Shown: in pieces, positions 1 to 9,359 of the stretch
Layout of the letters: every line of letters starts with the position of its first letter
How positions within the stretch are numbered: position 1 is the stretch's first letter
Position numbers and translations under genes: made by a program
Assembly: GCA_963662285.2 (NCBI GenBank)
Contig: CAXXMV010000008.1
Location: forward strand, 512,001-576,000
Origin: a bacterium
GTDB lineage: Bacteria > Hinthialibacterota > Hinthialibacteria > Hinthialibacterales > Hinthialibacteraceae
Length of the DNA: 64,000 nucleotides
Reading direction: 5' to 3'
Notes under the pieces: generated by a model
Told to the model about the DNA's origin: nothing
Database searches by the model: none
Seen by the model: only the letters and a program-made list of their open reading frames with translations

Positions 1-1871
1 CCGGTGACATAGGCGTATTTGCCGTCAGGCGTTATAACCACATCGGTGGGATCGGCGAATCCGTTATCCAGTTCATCCAGGGGCAGTTGATCGACGCGGC
101 CGTCTTTCCAAAGAACGCCCAGAGTATTGGTCATAACCCATCCCTGGATAACGCGGGTCATGGGAACCAGGTTTTTGGTGCGCACCATAGTAACCAGAGC
201 GAACTCACCATCTGGAGAACAATCGACGCCCTGCACCAGATTAGCCTCGGGAATTACGATGCGCGTATCTATGAAATCGCGTTTGGTTTCGATAACGGTA
301 ACTTCGGAACGGCATGGTTCGCGGAATTTGACGAAATGAGAGAGGTTGTTGGTTACATAAACCGACTCACCATCCGATGAGCGCGAAACGCCCCAGGCGC
401 CCCGTGCGGCGGAAAGCCGTTTGGCCTCTTGGCCTTTTTGGATATCAACGATTGACACGTCATCAGAACCAGCGTTGGCGACGTATAAGCGCGTACCCTC
501 CAGGTTAGTGGTCATTTGGTGGGGTTCATCGCCAACCGGGATTGTTTTGATGATGGCAAAGGATTGAGAGTCAATCACCGACACAGTATCGGCGCCCCGG
601 TTGCTGACAAAAACCTGTGATTGATCAGGCGACAGGCAGACTCCATGAGGCAGGTTTTCAACCTGAATTTCCGCAATGCGTTGGCCGCTGGCAGCTTCTA
701 CAACAATTAGACTATCAGAGGCTTCGCAAGCAATATATAGCCGCTCCCCATCGCGGGACACGGCTATATTAAAAGGGGTTTTATATTCTATCCCCGCTGA
801 AGCAGTCTTATCCTTCTTCTTGAAATGCTCAATTTTCTTTACAGCTTTTTCATAGTCGAATGGTTTGCCATCAACCTCTTTGGGATGGCAGCGCAGACAA
901 GTTTCACGGTTCACTTTCCATAAACCTGATTCACGCGAGGCGATGGGATCAAGCATGACCGCTTCGAGCATATATTCACTGCCAGGACCATGACAACTCT
1001 CACATTGAACGCCTTGAGCAACATCGAAGGATTCAGTAAACCATCCCGCCTGCTCGCCATGTCCGGTGGAATGGCATTTCAAGCATTGTTCAGCTTGTTG
1101 GGGATTTCCCTCAATGCCTCTTTTCTTAGCGATTTCCTTGGCTTTTTGAGTCCCTAGCACAGCAAAGGCTTTGGAATGACTGGAGAGACGCCATTTACTG
1201 ACGGCGTAGCCCATCATCGCACCCCGGTGACACTCAGCGCATGACATGGCGCCGACATATTTAGGACCGTCAATTAATTTTTTGGGCTTTTTAGGTTCTT
1301 CAGGAATAGGACCGCCCTTGCCGCTGTGAGCAATCTCGCCCAGAGCCATCTTGTAATCGAATTTCTTGACTTTCAAAACCGCCAGATGCGAACCTTTATC
1401 TTTATGGCAGATCATACAATCCTGCTCGGTGGGCATCTTCAGACCAGCCATCATGGCGGCATTGGGATTTCGCATAACATCCAGTTCGGCGTACTCGCTG
1501 CCCGATCCATGACATAATTCGCATTGCACGCCATCCTGTATATGAAAGGTTTCATCCAGTTCCCAGTCTTCGACATTGGACGCAGTGGCATGGCAACCCA
1601 GGCAGACCGGACTATCAAATGGGTTGTCAGCAATACCCGATAGTTTGGCGATTTCTTGTGATTCCGGCATGGCTAAAACCGCATAGGCGTTGGCATGTTT
1701 GGTTAAACGCCACTTATTATACTGGTCGCGCTGACCTGCATTATGATGACAGGCGCGGCATTTCTGCTCGCCAATATAGACGCGATCCGCCGCCCATGAG
1801 TCCAGCGAAGCGCTGATAGATATCATGACTAAAAGCCCGGCAGCCAGAAGCCCCTTCTTGTATCCCAACAT
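1..1871 (-). CDS. Secreted octaheme cytochrome c (two tandem cytochrome c554-like tetraheme modules) fused to a YVTN/HzsB-like beta-propeller; 3' part runs off the window
   Basis: Manual translation from ATG 1871 (MLGYKKGLLAAGLLVMISISASLDSWAADRVYIGEQKCRACH...) is open to base 1. Eight CxxCH motifs: CRACH, CLGCH, CELCH, CMICH, CAECH, CLKCH, CESCH, CLRCH. These are followed by repeats such as LYVANAGSDDVSIVD and VFVSNRGADTVSVID. Absent from the ORF track because its stop lies outside the window. Confidence 0.92.
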   Translation of the reverse strand, partial: MLGYKKGLLAAGLLVMISISASLDSWAADRVYIGEQKCRACHHNAGQRDQYNKWRLTKHANAYAVLAMPESQEIAKLSGIADNPFDSPVCLGCHATASNVEDWELDETFHIQDGVQCELCHGSGSEYAELDVMRNPNAAMMAGLKMPTEQDCMICHKDKGSHLAVLKVKKFDYKMALGEIAHSGKGGPIPEEPKKPKKLIDGPKYVGAMSCAECHRGAMMGYAVSKWRLSSHSKAFAVLGTQKAKEIAKKRGIEGNPQQAEQCLKCHSTGHGEQAGWFTESFDVAQGVQCESCHGPGSEYMLEAVMLDPIASRESGLWKVNRETCLRCHPKEVDGKPFDYEKAVKKIEHFKKKDKTASAGIEYKTPFNIAVSRDGERLYIACEASDSLIVVEAASGQRIAEIQVENLPHGVCLSPDQSQVFVSNRGADTVSVIDSQSFAIIKTIPVGDEPHQMTTNLEGTRLYVANAGSDDVSIVDIQKGQEAKRLSAARGAWGVSRSSDGESVYVTNNLSHFVKFREPCRSEVTVIETKRDFIDTRIVIPEANLVQGVDCSPDGEFALVTMVRTKNLVPMTRVIQGWVMTNTLGVLWKDGRVDQLPLDELDNGFADPTDVVITPDGKYAYVT

Positions 1872-1887
1872 TACTTTTCCTCCAAAT

Positions 1888-3531
1888 TCAGGACTTAGGT
1901 TCTTTCACTTTTAATATCTGGTTGGCGGTGACGTCTGTCAAAGTCTGTTTTATACCGCCCGGCCAGGATATCTCGACTTTGTCGGCTTTTTTATGACTAC
2001 TCAATCCGAAATGGGCGCGGTAATCGCTTTGCGACAAATAACCCGAACTGCTCAAAATATCGCGCGTCTGGGTCAGATCGCCGATGGTCACGCGAATCCG
2101 GGCGCCGATGGCGTCGCGGTTGCATTGGGTTCCTTCCAGGGCGATCATCAACCAGTTATTCTTGTTCCCGCCGTCATTACGCAGCAAGCGGGGGCGGTTG
2201 TTGATATTTAGAATCAATGCGTCCAAATCTCCATCATTGTCAATATCACCGGTAGCCGAACCCCGGCTGACGAATTTCTCCTGGAAGTCCTTGCCGCATT
2301 TTGAGGAGATATCGATGAACTTACGGCCCTGATCATTCCAGAAGATGACGTCTTCCTCCGGTTCGAGATGATGGGCGTCGCCATTCACGATCAGTATATC
2401 GATATACTGGTCGCAATCATAATCAAAAAAGTTGCCCGACCAGCTGACATATTGTCCTAAAACCGAGGCCAAACCCATCTGGGCGCTCATTTCCTCGTAT
2501 AAACCATCACCAGTATTGAGGTATAAACAGCCATAACCCATATCCGGTACCAGTAGATCAAGCAGTCCGTCAAGGTTGAAATCGCCGAACTCCGGCCCCA
2601 TGGCTGAGGTGGCTTCGCCGCTCTGCCCGAATCCTGTAGCGGTTAACATGGCGATATTGGTGAAGGTTCCATCACCGTTATTCTGGTACATATAATTTTC
2701 CATGGCATCATTGGCCACGAAAATATCTATATCGCCATCATTATCAATGTCGCAGGTGGTCACTCCCATAGCCCGGCCTTCGGGATTAAGAACGCCTGCT
2801 TTTTCGGTAACTTCTTCAAAGGTTCCATCGCCCTTGTTGTGATACAGAATATCCGGCTGGCCTTTGTATGACAGCGGTCCGGGAAAAGCATCTGCGGCAT
2901 AGTAATATTTATATTCGGGATCGTATTCTACATAGTTGCCTACATAAAGATCAAGCAGGCCATCTTCGTCATAATCGAAGAATGAGGCGCCTAATCCCCA
3001 CAAGTCATTCTCGACGCCTGCCGCTTTGGTTTTATCGGTGAAGGTTCCATCGCCGTTGTTTTGATAGAGTACATTGGGGCCGTAATTGGTAACAAAGAGA
3101 TCAGCGTCGCCGTCATTGTCATAATCAGCGGAGACGCAGGCCATGCCATAACCTTTATGACCAACGCCGGCTGCTTCAGTCACATCGGTGAAGGTTCCAT
3201 CGCCGTTATTACGATATAGGGCATTTTGTAACTTGTCGGCCAGTTTCCGGCCTCTGGGGTGGCTGACAATTTTATTGTATTGTTCATTGATCAGGTAGAT
3301 ATCAAGATCGTCGTCTCCATCGTAATCGAAGAATGCGCAACCCGCTCCCGTCGATTCGACTATATTGCTCATGTCGGGATCGCCCATGTTGTGTTGAAAC
3401 GTGATGCCCGCTTTTTGGGTGATATCAACCATTTGGGGACAGAGGTCCGGTTGCCCGCCAATATTCACCGGCGAAATTAATGTAATAATGGAAATAGAAA
3501 AAACGGCGCAATAAAACAAATGCTGCTTCAT
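1888..3531 (-). CDS. CRTAC1 family protein (FG-GAP/VCBS repeats + ASPIC/UnbV domain)
   Basis: Signal peptide; repeated DYDxDGDxD Ca-binding motifs and NxLYxNNGDGTFTDVT; C-terminal NRDAIGARI...GYLSQ...AHFGL...VEISWPGG typical of ASPIC/UnbV. Confidence 0.92.
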   Translation of the reverse strand: MKQHLFYCAVFSISIITLISPVNIGGQPDLCPQMVDITQKAGITFQHNMGDPDMSNIVESTGAGCAFFDYDGDDDLDIYLINEQYNKIVSHPRGRKLADKLQNALYRNNGDGTFTDVTEAAGVGHKGYGMACVSADYDNDGDADLFVTNYGPNVLYQNNGDGTFTDKTKAAGVENDLWGLGASFFDYDEDGLLDLYVGNYVEYDPEYKYYYAADAFPGPLSYKGQPDILYHNKGDGTFEEVTEKAGVLNPEGRAMGVTTCDIDNDGDIDIFVANDAMENYMYQNNGDGTFTNIAMLTATGFGQSGEATSAMGPEFGDFNLDGLLDLLVPDMGYGCLYLNTGDGLYEEMSAQMGLASVLGQYVSWSGNFFDYDCDQYIDILIVNGDAHHLEPEEDVIFWNDQGRKFIDISSKCGKDFQEKFVSRGSATGDIDNDGDLDALILNINNRPRLLRNDGGNKNNWLMIALEGTQCNRDAIGARIRVTIGDLTQTRDILSSSGYLSQSDYRAHFGLSSHKKADKVEISWPGGIKQTLTDVTANQILKVKEPKS

Positions 3532-3585
3532 ATTTGCTCCCCGAAAGAAATGCTATAACTCAATGATAATAAGATTATCGCTATC

Positions 3586-3850
3586 AACCCTCTCCTAACC
3601 TCTCCCAGTCTTGGGAGAGGAATCCTTTGCCACCCAAGCGTAGGGTGGGTCGCGCTTCACTGACCCACCAAAGATGCACCTTGTTATCTCTCAAAATCCC
3701 TCTCTATAGAAATTTTTATACGTAATGGGATTCATTCTATCCTATTTGATACACCGGCTAGAAGCCGATGCTCCCCACTCTATGATTCTCCCCGTTTCAT
3801 TCTCCTCTCCTGAGTTGTGTCCGGAGAGGAAACCAGGGGGAGAGGGGATT
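3586..3850. repeat. Intergenic cluster of REP-like palindromes: C-rich hairpin 3586-3621, GTAG-type REP 3640-3670, ACCGGCTAGAAGCCGATGCTCCCC 3753-3776
   Basis: Each unit recurs elsewhere in the window (52216 and 47119; 13567 and 20020; 55782 and 56026). Segment 3700-3850 is a diverged reverse-complement copy of 55711-55860. Confidence 0.8.
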
Positions 3851-3892
3851 TGGTTGCCCGAAATTACCAGGTTGTCAGGTATAGATAAAATC

Positions 3893-5860
3893 TTAATTTT
3901 CATTTACAGCAGGCAATCCACCAATATCGTACAAAGCGCCCAGGTCAATCCACTCAATTAACAATGCCTTCTCCAGAGCAGTAAGAGATTGCTTGGGCGG
4001 CATTTGAATATCAGACGGATTAAGCGAATCATCTAAAAACGTGACATGCTCACCTATAACATACTTAATCAATGGACTCTTGCGGGCGCTGCCGGGAACT
4101 ACATAAGATAAATGATCTTCATCAGAGGCGTTCGACAGAAGACTCTCATAAACCGTAAGCATTGATTTTTTACTATTGGAAAATGATGAGAGTTTGTCAA
4201 CATCCAATTCAGGTTTAACGCCGCCTGCGGCATGGCAATCAGTTCCAGAACATCTGGCTTGCAGGATGGGCTTTATCTGATTGACGAAATCAACCGTTCT
4301 ACGGCGCTGTGGCGGCAGAGTGAGTTTCCTGGCTGTCTTGGCCAAGGCCTGCACCAGGCGGTTGGGCGGCGCCAGTTCGCGGTCTTCATGACACCCGATG
4401 CAGCCGCGCCATTCACGCGGCATTACATAGGTCCAGCTGCGCTGTTCAGCTACAGAAAGACCGTGCTCATCCAGCAACTGAAAGCGTACTGGAATATGAG
4501 AAGGAATTTCTATATGAAATGATCCATCCGCTTCGACTGGAACAACCCCCAGTATGCGCTGCGGAGTTGAAGCGTCTATCCGGGGGGGCGCCTGGTTATT
4601 ATCGTTTTCACTTAACAACGGCAAGCCTTCGATGACTCGCATCCGTTTAACTGTTCCCGGCGCAAGTTCTTTAATCTTTGGAAACTGGCTCTCATATACA
4701 TTCAAGCAGAAGAAGACTCCGGTATCCTTCTCTAGATTAACCACCGATGAACGGCCTTTGACTTTGGCGTGCGGCGCCAGAACCTGGGCGTCAACGCAAT
4801 GCCAGTTTTCGGCTGAATAGAGTTGCTTAATCCGCTGGCCGTTGCCGGGATTTATCTGATAAAGGCTGAAGCATTGCTGCGGATCATTTTTTCTGTATGA
4901 GGCGATCAATCCACCATCCGGCGTTGCGCATGGACTATGGAACAGGCCGCCATTTTCATGACTCAGCGTCTGATAAGAATGAAGCGGGCGACGCAATGTC
5001 ACATAAGCCAGGTCGCCGCCGCCCAGCCATAGCGTTGGATCAGATGCAATCATATAAGCGCGTCCGGCGCTGTCGGCGATATGAACCATATCCAGATAAA
5101 GGGTGGAGGAATGATCCACAAAATAGGGCAGCATATCGGCGCCATCATTATTTATCGCCATCAATCCGTAGCCGCTGGATTTCTTCCAACTGGAATATAC
5201 CAAACGCCCGTTGGGCAAGACGTCAGGGGAGAAATCTGAACTGAGGTTATAGGTAATCCGGGTGGAATGGCTGCCATCAAGTTGAGCGGAATATATTGAA
5301 AAGCATGATCCCGAACCGGATTCATTAATCCAACCTGATTCGGAACTGAGGTATGCAATCTGATCAGTAGGCAAAGCGTCGTTGAGATGAAAAAGAGAAC
5401 CGACGTATAAAGGCGACACGCAATCACCCTTAGAATGCGTCAGTCGGGTTTTTGCGCCGCCATCATGATTCATACGCCAAATCTGCCAGGCGTCGCCTTG
5501 ATTCTTCTTACCTGCAAACAGGATTTGTTGACCATCAAAGGAGACGGCAGGATCGCAGGCTGAGAAAAACTCAGGAGTGAGCACAACCAGTTTTTCCGGT
5601 GGATCAGTGGCTTGATGACAAACAATGCGCATACCATCCACATAGCGGTCGTCGGGTAAATAGAAAGATTTTTGATAAGGAGAAGATTGCGCTGGAATCT
5701 GAACAAAAATCAAATCAGAGCCTTGCGCCGAGTCAGCTATGCTGCAACCCCACACCAGGATCAAAACATAAACCAACCATAGAGGAAAAACCCGCCGTAC
5801 TATTCTATCCGCCCGATGATCCGGGATCAAATAGAGCGCATCAGTTAGCATCCTGTTCAT
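3893..5860 (-). CDS. Hydrazine synthase alpha-subunit-like protein (TolB-like propeller + HZS-alpha middle domain + c-type heme domains)
   Basis: DPAVSFDGQQILFAG propeller; RILGVVPVEADGSFHIEIP...FQLLDEHG...WTYVMPREWRGCIGCHE matches the HZS_alpha middle domain with CxxCH; C-terminal planctomycete-cytochrome-like FVNQIKPILQARCSGTDCH...MPP...EWIDLGA. Confidence 0.85.
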   Translation of the reverse strand: MNRMLTDALYLIPDHRADRIVRRVFPLWLVYVLILVWGCSIADSAQGSDLIFVQIPAQSSPYQKSFYLPDDRYVDGMRIVCHQATDPPEKLVVLTPEFFSACDPAVSFDGQQILFAGKKNQGDAWQIWRMNHDGGAKTRLTHSKGDCVSPLYVGSLFHLNDALPTDQIAYLSSESGWINESGSGSCFSIYSAQLDGSHSTRITYNLSSDFSPDVLPNGRLVYSSWKKSSGYGLMAINNDGADMLPYFVDHSSTLYLDMVHIADSAGRAYMIASDPTLWLGGGDLAYVTLRRPLHSYQTLSHENGGLFHSPCATPDGGLIASYRKNDPQQCFSLYQINPGNGQRIKQLYSAENWHCVDAQVLAPHAKVKGRSSVVNLEKDTGVFFCLNVYESQFPKIKELAPGTVKRMRVIEGLPLLSENDNNQAPPRIDASTPQRILGVVPVEADGSFHIEIPSHIPVRFQLLDEHGLSVAEQRSWTYVMPREWRGCIGCHEDRELAPPNRLVQALAKTARKLTLPPQRRRTVDFVNQIKPILQARCSGTDCHAAGGVKPELDVDKLSSFSNSKKSMLTVYESLLSNASDEDHLSYVVPGSARKSPLIKYVIGEHVTFLDDSLNPSDIQMPPKQSLTALEKALLIEWIDLGALYDIGGLPAVNEN

Positions 5861-5887
5861 AATTTATCAGTTATTCTAACAATACAA

Positions 5888-7021
5888 TTATTTAGATAAT
5901 ATTGCCGTTGCATCCAGTTCGTATAACAGTTCGTCGCGACATACATCAGCCAAAGTGCAAACCACAGGTATCTTATCCAAACCCATGCGGCTGGCGATAG
6001 AGTAGTACATCTCAACATCCTGAGGCCGTTTTACAAACGAAGTAGCCTGACATATATCATCGAGTCCAGCGCCGCCTACTTCTAAAAGGGCTTGTACATT
6101 TTCCAGAGTTCGCACCGTTTGCCGTTCAAAATCCCCTTCAAAAACGCTTACGCCCTTTTCATCAATAGCCGCAGTACCTGAAACAAATATATATTGACAA
6201 GAGTCAGTCTCCACCGATAAAGCGCGGGCGAAGGCTGAACCATATTCCGGCGCCTCGTTCTGCTTTGGGTTAATCAACCGCTTCGCTTCAAAGGTCTGAC
6301 CATCAATAGGCTTCATAGCCAACAGATCAAGAGTGCACCAACCGCCATCAGCATTTCGCCCCTGGATGCCAGTGCTGGCGGGAATGGAACTGAGGGGATT
6401 GCCATTAAACAGCCCCATTCGCTTGAAAGCATCATTACGGACTAGATTAAACTCATCATACCAGTCCAGAATATTATGCAGATAAAACCAGGTACGCCGG
6501 ACATCATTAAATTTCCATTTTTGTTTATCTAAAATATGCTCGATTAATTCAAAGGTTCTGCTGGTCTCTTCGCCAGGTGATTGCCCCCCGGTTTCACGCA
6601 CCAGGCGTCCGACATCAGACAGAGTCAAATAACGGGCGTCATTACCTGTAACAATGCGGCCGCAAGCCTCGCCTTGCCATTCCAGCAGAGTGGATTCCGG
6701 TTGGTTTTTACCTTGCAAAGCTACAGCATGAATCCCGGCTACGCCTGAACCGCTGAACGGCGTACCTTCAACAAAAGTCGGCGGGATATCTGATTTAACG
6801 CCTTTCTCATCAAAAATCCGTTTACGCTCTTGCAGGATAGTATAAGATGATTTGCTTTCACCATATATACGTTCATGCAACAATATAGTTTGCTGATATT
6901 GAAGATAATCCGCTATTTTTCCAAAGCCTTGAGCAACAATATCGTCTATCGAATGATCAGTCGAGTCAGGAATCCAGGAAAGAAAAATCAGATCGCCTGG
7001 ACCATCAGTTGAAAAGAACAT
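5888..7021 (-). CDS. Two-domain RidA/YjgF (Rid superfamily, FkbO/Hyg5-like) protein
   Basis: RTWFYL...FNLVR...PASTGI and FARA...IFVSGTAAID...QTVRTLENV...ADVCRDELLYELDA. AAGGAG RBS precedes ATG 7021; the ORF track starts at GTG 7033. Confidence 0.8.
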   Translation of the reverse strand: MFFSTDGPGDLIFLSWIPDSTDHSIDDIVAQGFGKIADYLQYQQTILLHERIYGESKSSYTILQERKRIFDEKGVKSDIPPTFVEGTPFSGSGVAGIHAVALQGKNQPESTLLEWQGEACGRIVTGNDARYLTLSDVGRLVRETGGQSPGEETSRTFELIEHILDKQKWKFNDVRRTWFYLHNILDWYDEFNLVRNDAFKRMGLFNGNPLSSIPASTGIQGRNADGGWCTLDLLAMKPIDGQTFEAKRLINPKQNEAPEYGSAFARALSVETDSCQYIFVSGTAAIDEKGVSVFEGDFERQTVRTLENVQALLEVGGAGLDDICQATSFVKRPQDVEMYYSIASRMGLDKIPVVCTLADVCRDELLYELDATAILSK

Positions 7022-7381
7022 AAAATACCCCACTCCTTAAATTCAAATAATTCAACCGATTACTGCCCAGTAACACCGGTTGAATCCTCCCAAAAAGTAC
7101 AAATAGCGATAGCGATCTTCGCATAACGCCGAACCAAATCAACTTATTTTATCGAATATCTTCAGCAGCTTCAAGAGAAGGGGGAACTAATCATAGTTAA
7201 GTGCATAATCGAAACAATGAAAGTATGCCTTTGGGTGATAGCGTAAAGGATGTCATAACAGGTAATTCGGGTAATTAACCGTTAATATAGCAATTTTTCC
7301 TTGAGATACACTTCAGATTACAGAAGTACCCTCTAGAATAGCCCTTGGATCACCTAATGAAGAATAAAAGGTTTGATAATC

Positions 7382-7819
7382 ATGAATCCAGCTAAAATTG
7401 GAGATACGGTCACCGTACACTATACGGGAACCCTAAAAGATGGATCCGTTTTTGATACATCAGAAAACCAGGAGCCCCTAAATTTCACTCTGGGCAACAA
7501 TGAAATGATCCCCGGCTTTGAAAATGCGATTATCGGATTATCCAAGGGAGAGAGCAAAACTTTCACCCTGACTCCAGATGAAGCCTATGGCGAACAAGAT
7601 GATGAATTGATCATTAACATGCCCCGGTCAGAATTCCCTCCCGAAATTGATCCGGAAGTGGGAATGGTGCTTAAAGTAACCAATGAGGACGACGAAGAAG
7701 AAGACACGCACCTGATGATTACTGAATTGACTGATGACGAAATCACGCTTGATGGCAATCATCCATTAGCTGGAGAAGAACTCACTTTTGAAATTAATAT
7801 AGTTGAGATCGTTGAATGA
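7382..7819 (+). CDS. FKBP-type peptidyl-prolyl cis-trans isomerase (SlyD/FkpB-like)
   Basis: VTVHYTGTLKDGSVFDTS, MIPGFE, PDEAYG, LDGNHPLAGEELTFEI. Confidence 0.93.
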   Translation: MNPAKIGDTVTVHYTGTLKDGSVFDTSENQEPLNFTLGNNEMIPGFENAIIGLSKGESKTFTLTPDEAYGEQDDELIINMPRSEFPPEIDPEVGMVLKVTNEDDEEEDTHLMITELTDDEITLDGNHPLAGEELTFEINIVEIVE

Positions 7820-9267
7820 ACCTATCACGTCGGCTTTTCTTACAGAAAACAGGCGCCGCTGCATTGCTCGCCGCAACTGGTTTGGAAAAAAGCGCACTGG
7901 CGCAAGAACGCCCTAATATCTTATGGATAATCGGAGAAGACCTGTGCCCCGATTTAGGATGCTATGGCAATAAATTAGTCCATACCCCAAATCTAGATCA
8001 ACTGGCCAGCCAAGGCGTCCGCTTCACCAATGCCTTCACCACAGCTCCAGTCTGTTCGGCGGTGCGGTCTGCATTTATGACGGGAATGTACCAGACATCC
8101 ATCGGCGCCCATAACCACCGCAGCCACCGTACAGATGGTTACCGGCTGCCATCAGGAGTCCGGCTAGTCACCGATTATTTCCGCGACGCCGGTTATTTTA
8201 CCTGTAATGTCAAAACCATTGCGCCCGGAGTTAAGGGAACCGCCAAAACCGATTTTAATTTTACGGTTGATAAACCTTTTGACGGGACGGACTGGAATCA
8301 ACGCCGGGAGGGCCAACCCTTCTTCGCCCAGATCAATCTGCAGGAAGCCCATCGGAAATTTAAACGCGCCAAGGATAATGCGGTTAATCCTGATGACGTC
8401 GAGATTCCACCTTACTATCCAGATCACCCCATCACGCGACGCGACTGGGCTGACTATCTCGATACCATAGGATATCTGGATAAAAATATTGGCGTAATTC
8501 TAGAACGATTGGAAAACGAGGGTCTGGCCGACAACACGGTCGTTCTCTTCATGGGAGATCATGGCCGATGCCATGTACGCGGTAAACAATGGCTCTACGA
8601 CGGCGGCATCCATATCCCGCTTATAGTGCGCTGGCCGGGCAGAATCAGGGCTGAACAGGTGCGAGATGAAATGGTCAGTTCAATAGACGTGACAGCTACT
8701 TTGCTCAAAACCGCTGGCATTGAACCTCCCCGCAATATGGAAGGCCAGGTCTTTCTTGGCCCCAATCGCGACCCGGAACGTGAGTATATTATCGCGGCGC
8801 GTGATCGCTGCGACGAAACAGTCGATTGCATCCGATGCGTTAGATCCAAGGATTTCAAGTACATACGCAATTACCTACCCGAACGTCCCTACTCGCAATT
8901 AAACCGTTATAAAGAATGCTCCTATCCCGTATTGCGCCTGATGCGCCGTCTTAATAAAGCAGGAGAACTGACGCCAGCGCAGGCCAGGTTCATGGCGCCA
9001 GTCAGGCCTAAAGAGGAACTTTATGATTTACGCAATGATCCCCATGAAATTCATAACCTGGCTGGTGATGCTAACAGCGCTGACACGCTGATAAAGATGC
9101 GCGGCATACTCGATAACTGGGTAAAGGATACCGGCGATCAAGGACAGACGCTCGAAGAACCTTCAATTCATGAATACCACCTGAAGGCTCTTAAGCAAAG
9201 TTACGATAAACGGCTGAAGAAACTTTATGACGATGAGGGAATGGGATTAGAGGATATAAACCTCTAA
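7816..9267 (+). CDS. Tat-exported sulfatase
   Basis: SRRLFL twin-arginine signal; PNILWIIGEDL; formylglycine-site variant CSAVR; GDHG, KQWLY and EELYDL motifs. Confidence 0.92.
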   Translation: MNLSRRLFLQKTGAAALLAATGLEKSALAQERPNILWIIGEDLCPDLGCYGNKLVHTPNLDQLASQGVRFTNAFTTAPVCSAVRSAFMTGMYQTSIGAHNHRSHRTDGYRLPSGVRLVTDYFRDAGYFTCNVKTIAPGVKGTAKTDFNFTVDKPFDGTDWNQRREGQPFFAQINLQEAHRKFKRAKDNAVNPDDVEIPPYYPDHPITRRDWADYLDTIGYLDKNIGVILERLENEGLADNTVVLFMGDHGRCHVRGKQWLYDGGIHIPLIVRWPGRIRAEQVRDEMVSSIDVTATLLKTAGIEPPRNMEGQVFLGPNRDPEREYIIAARDRCDETVDCIRCVRSKDFKYIRNYLPERPYSQLNRYKECSYPVLRLMRRLNKAGELTPAQARFMAPVRPKEELYDLRNDPHEIHNLAGDANSADTLIKMRGILDNWVKDTGDQGQTLEEPSIHEYHLKALKQSYDKRLKKLYDDEGMGLEDINL

Positions 9268-9290
9268 GACTAAGCAAAGATAAAGATAGA

Positions 9291-9321
9291 AAAAAGCCCA
9301 ATCAAATCTGATTGGGCTTTT
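9291..9321. terminator. Bidirectional intrinsic terminator
   Basis: AAAAGCCCAATCA-aatc-TGATTGGGCTTTT hairpin between convergent genes. Confidence 0.8.
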
Positions 9322-9359
9322 CGTTATGCATTTTCAAAAGGCTTTATTCCAACAAAGAC

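Noticed and set aside
87-1816. Short ORFs listed in the track over 87-1816
   Set aside because: They are shadows of the long minus-strand multiheme gene.
1-5860. Evidence that the organism performs anammox
   Set aside because: HZS-like domains occur outside anammox bacteria. Gene order and fusions differ from the hzs operon as I know it, and no hydrazine dehydrogenase is visible.
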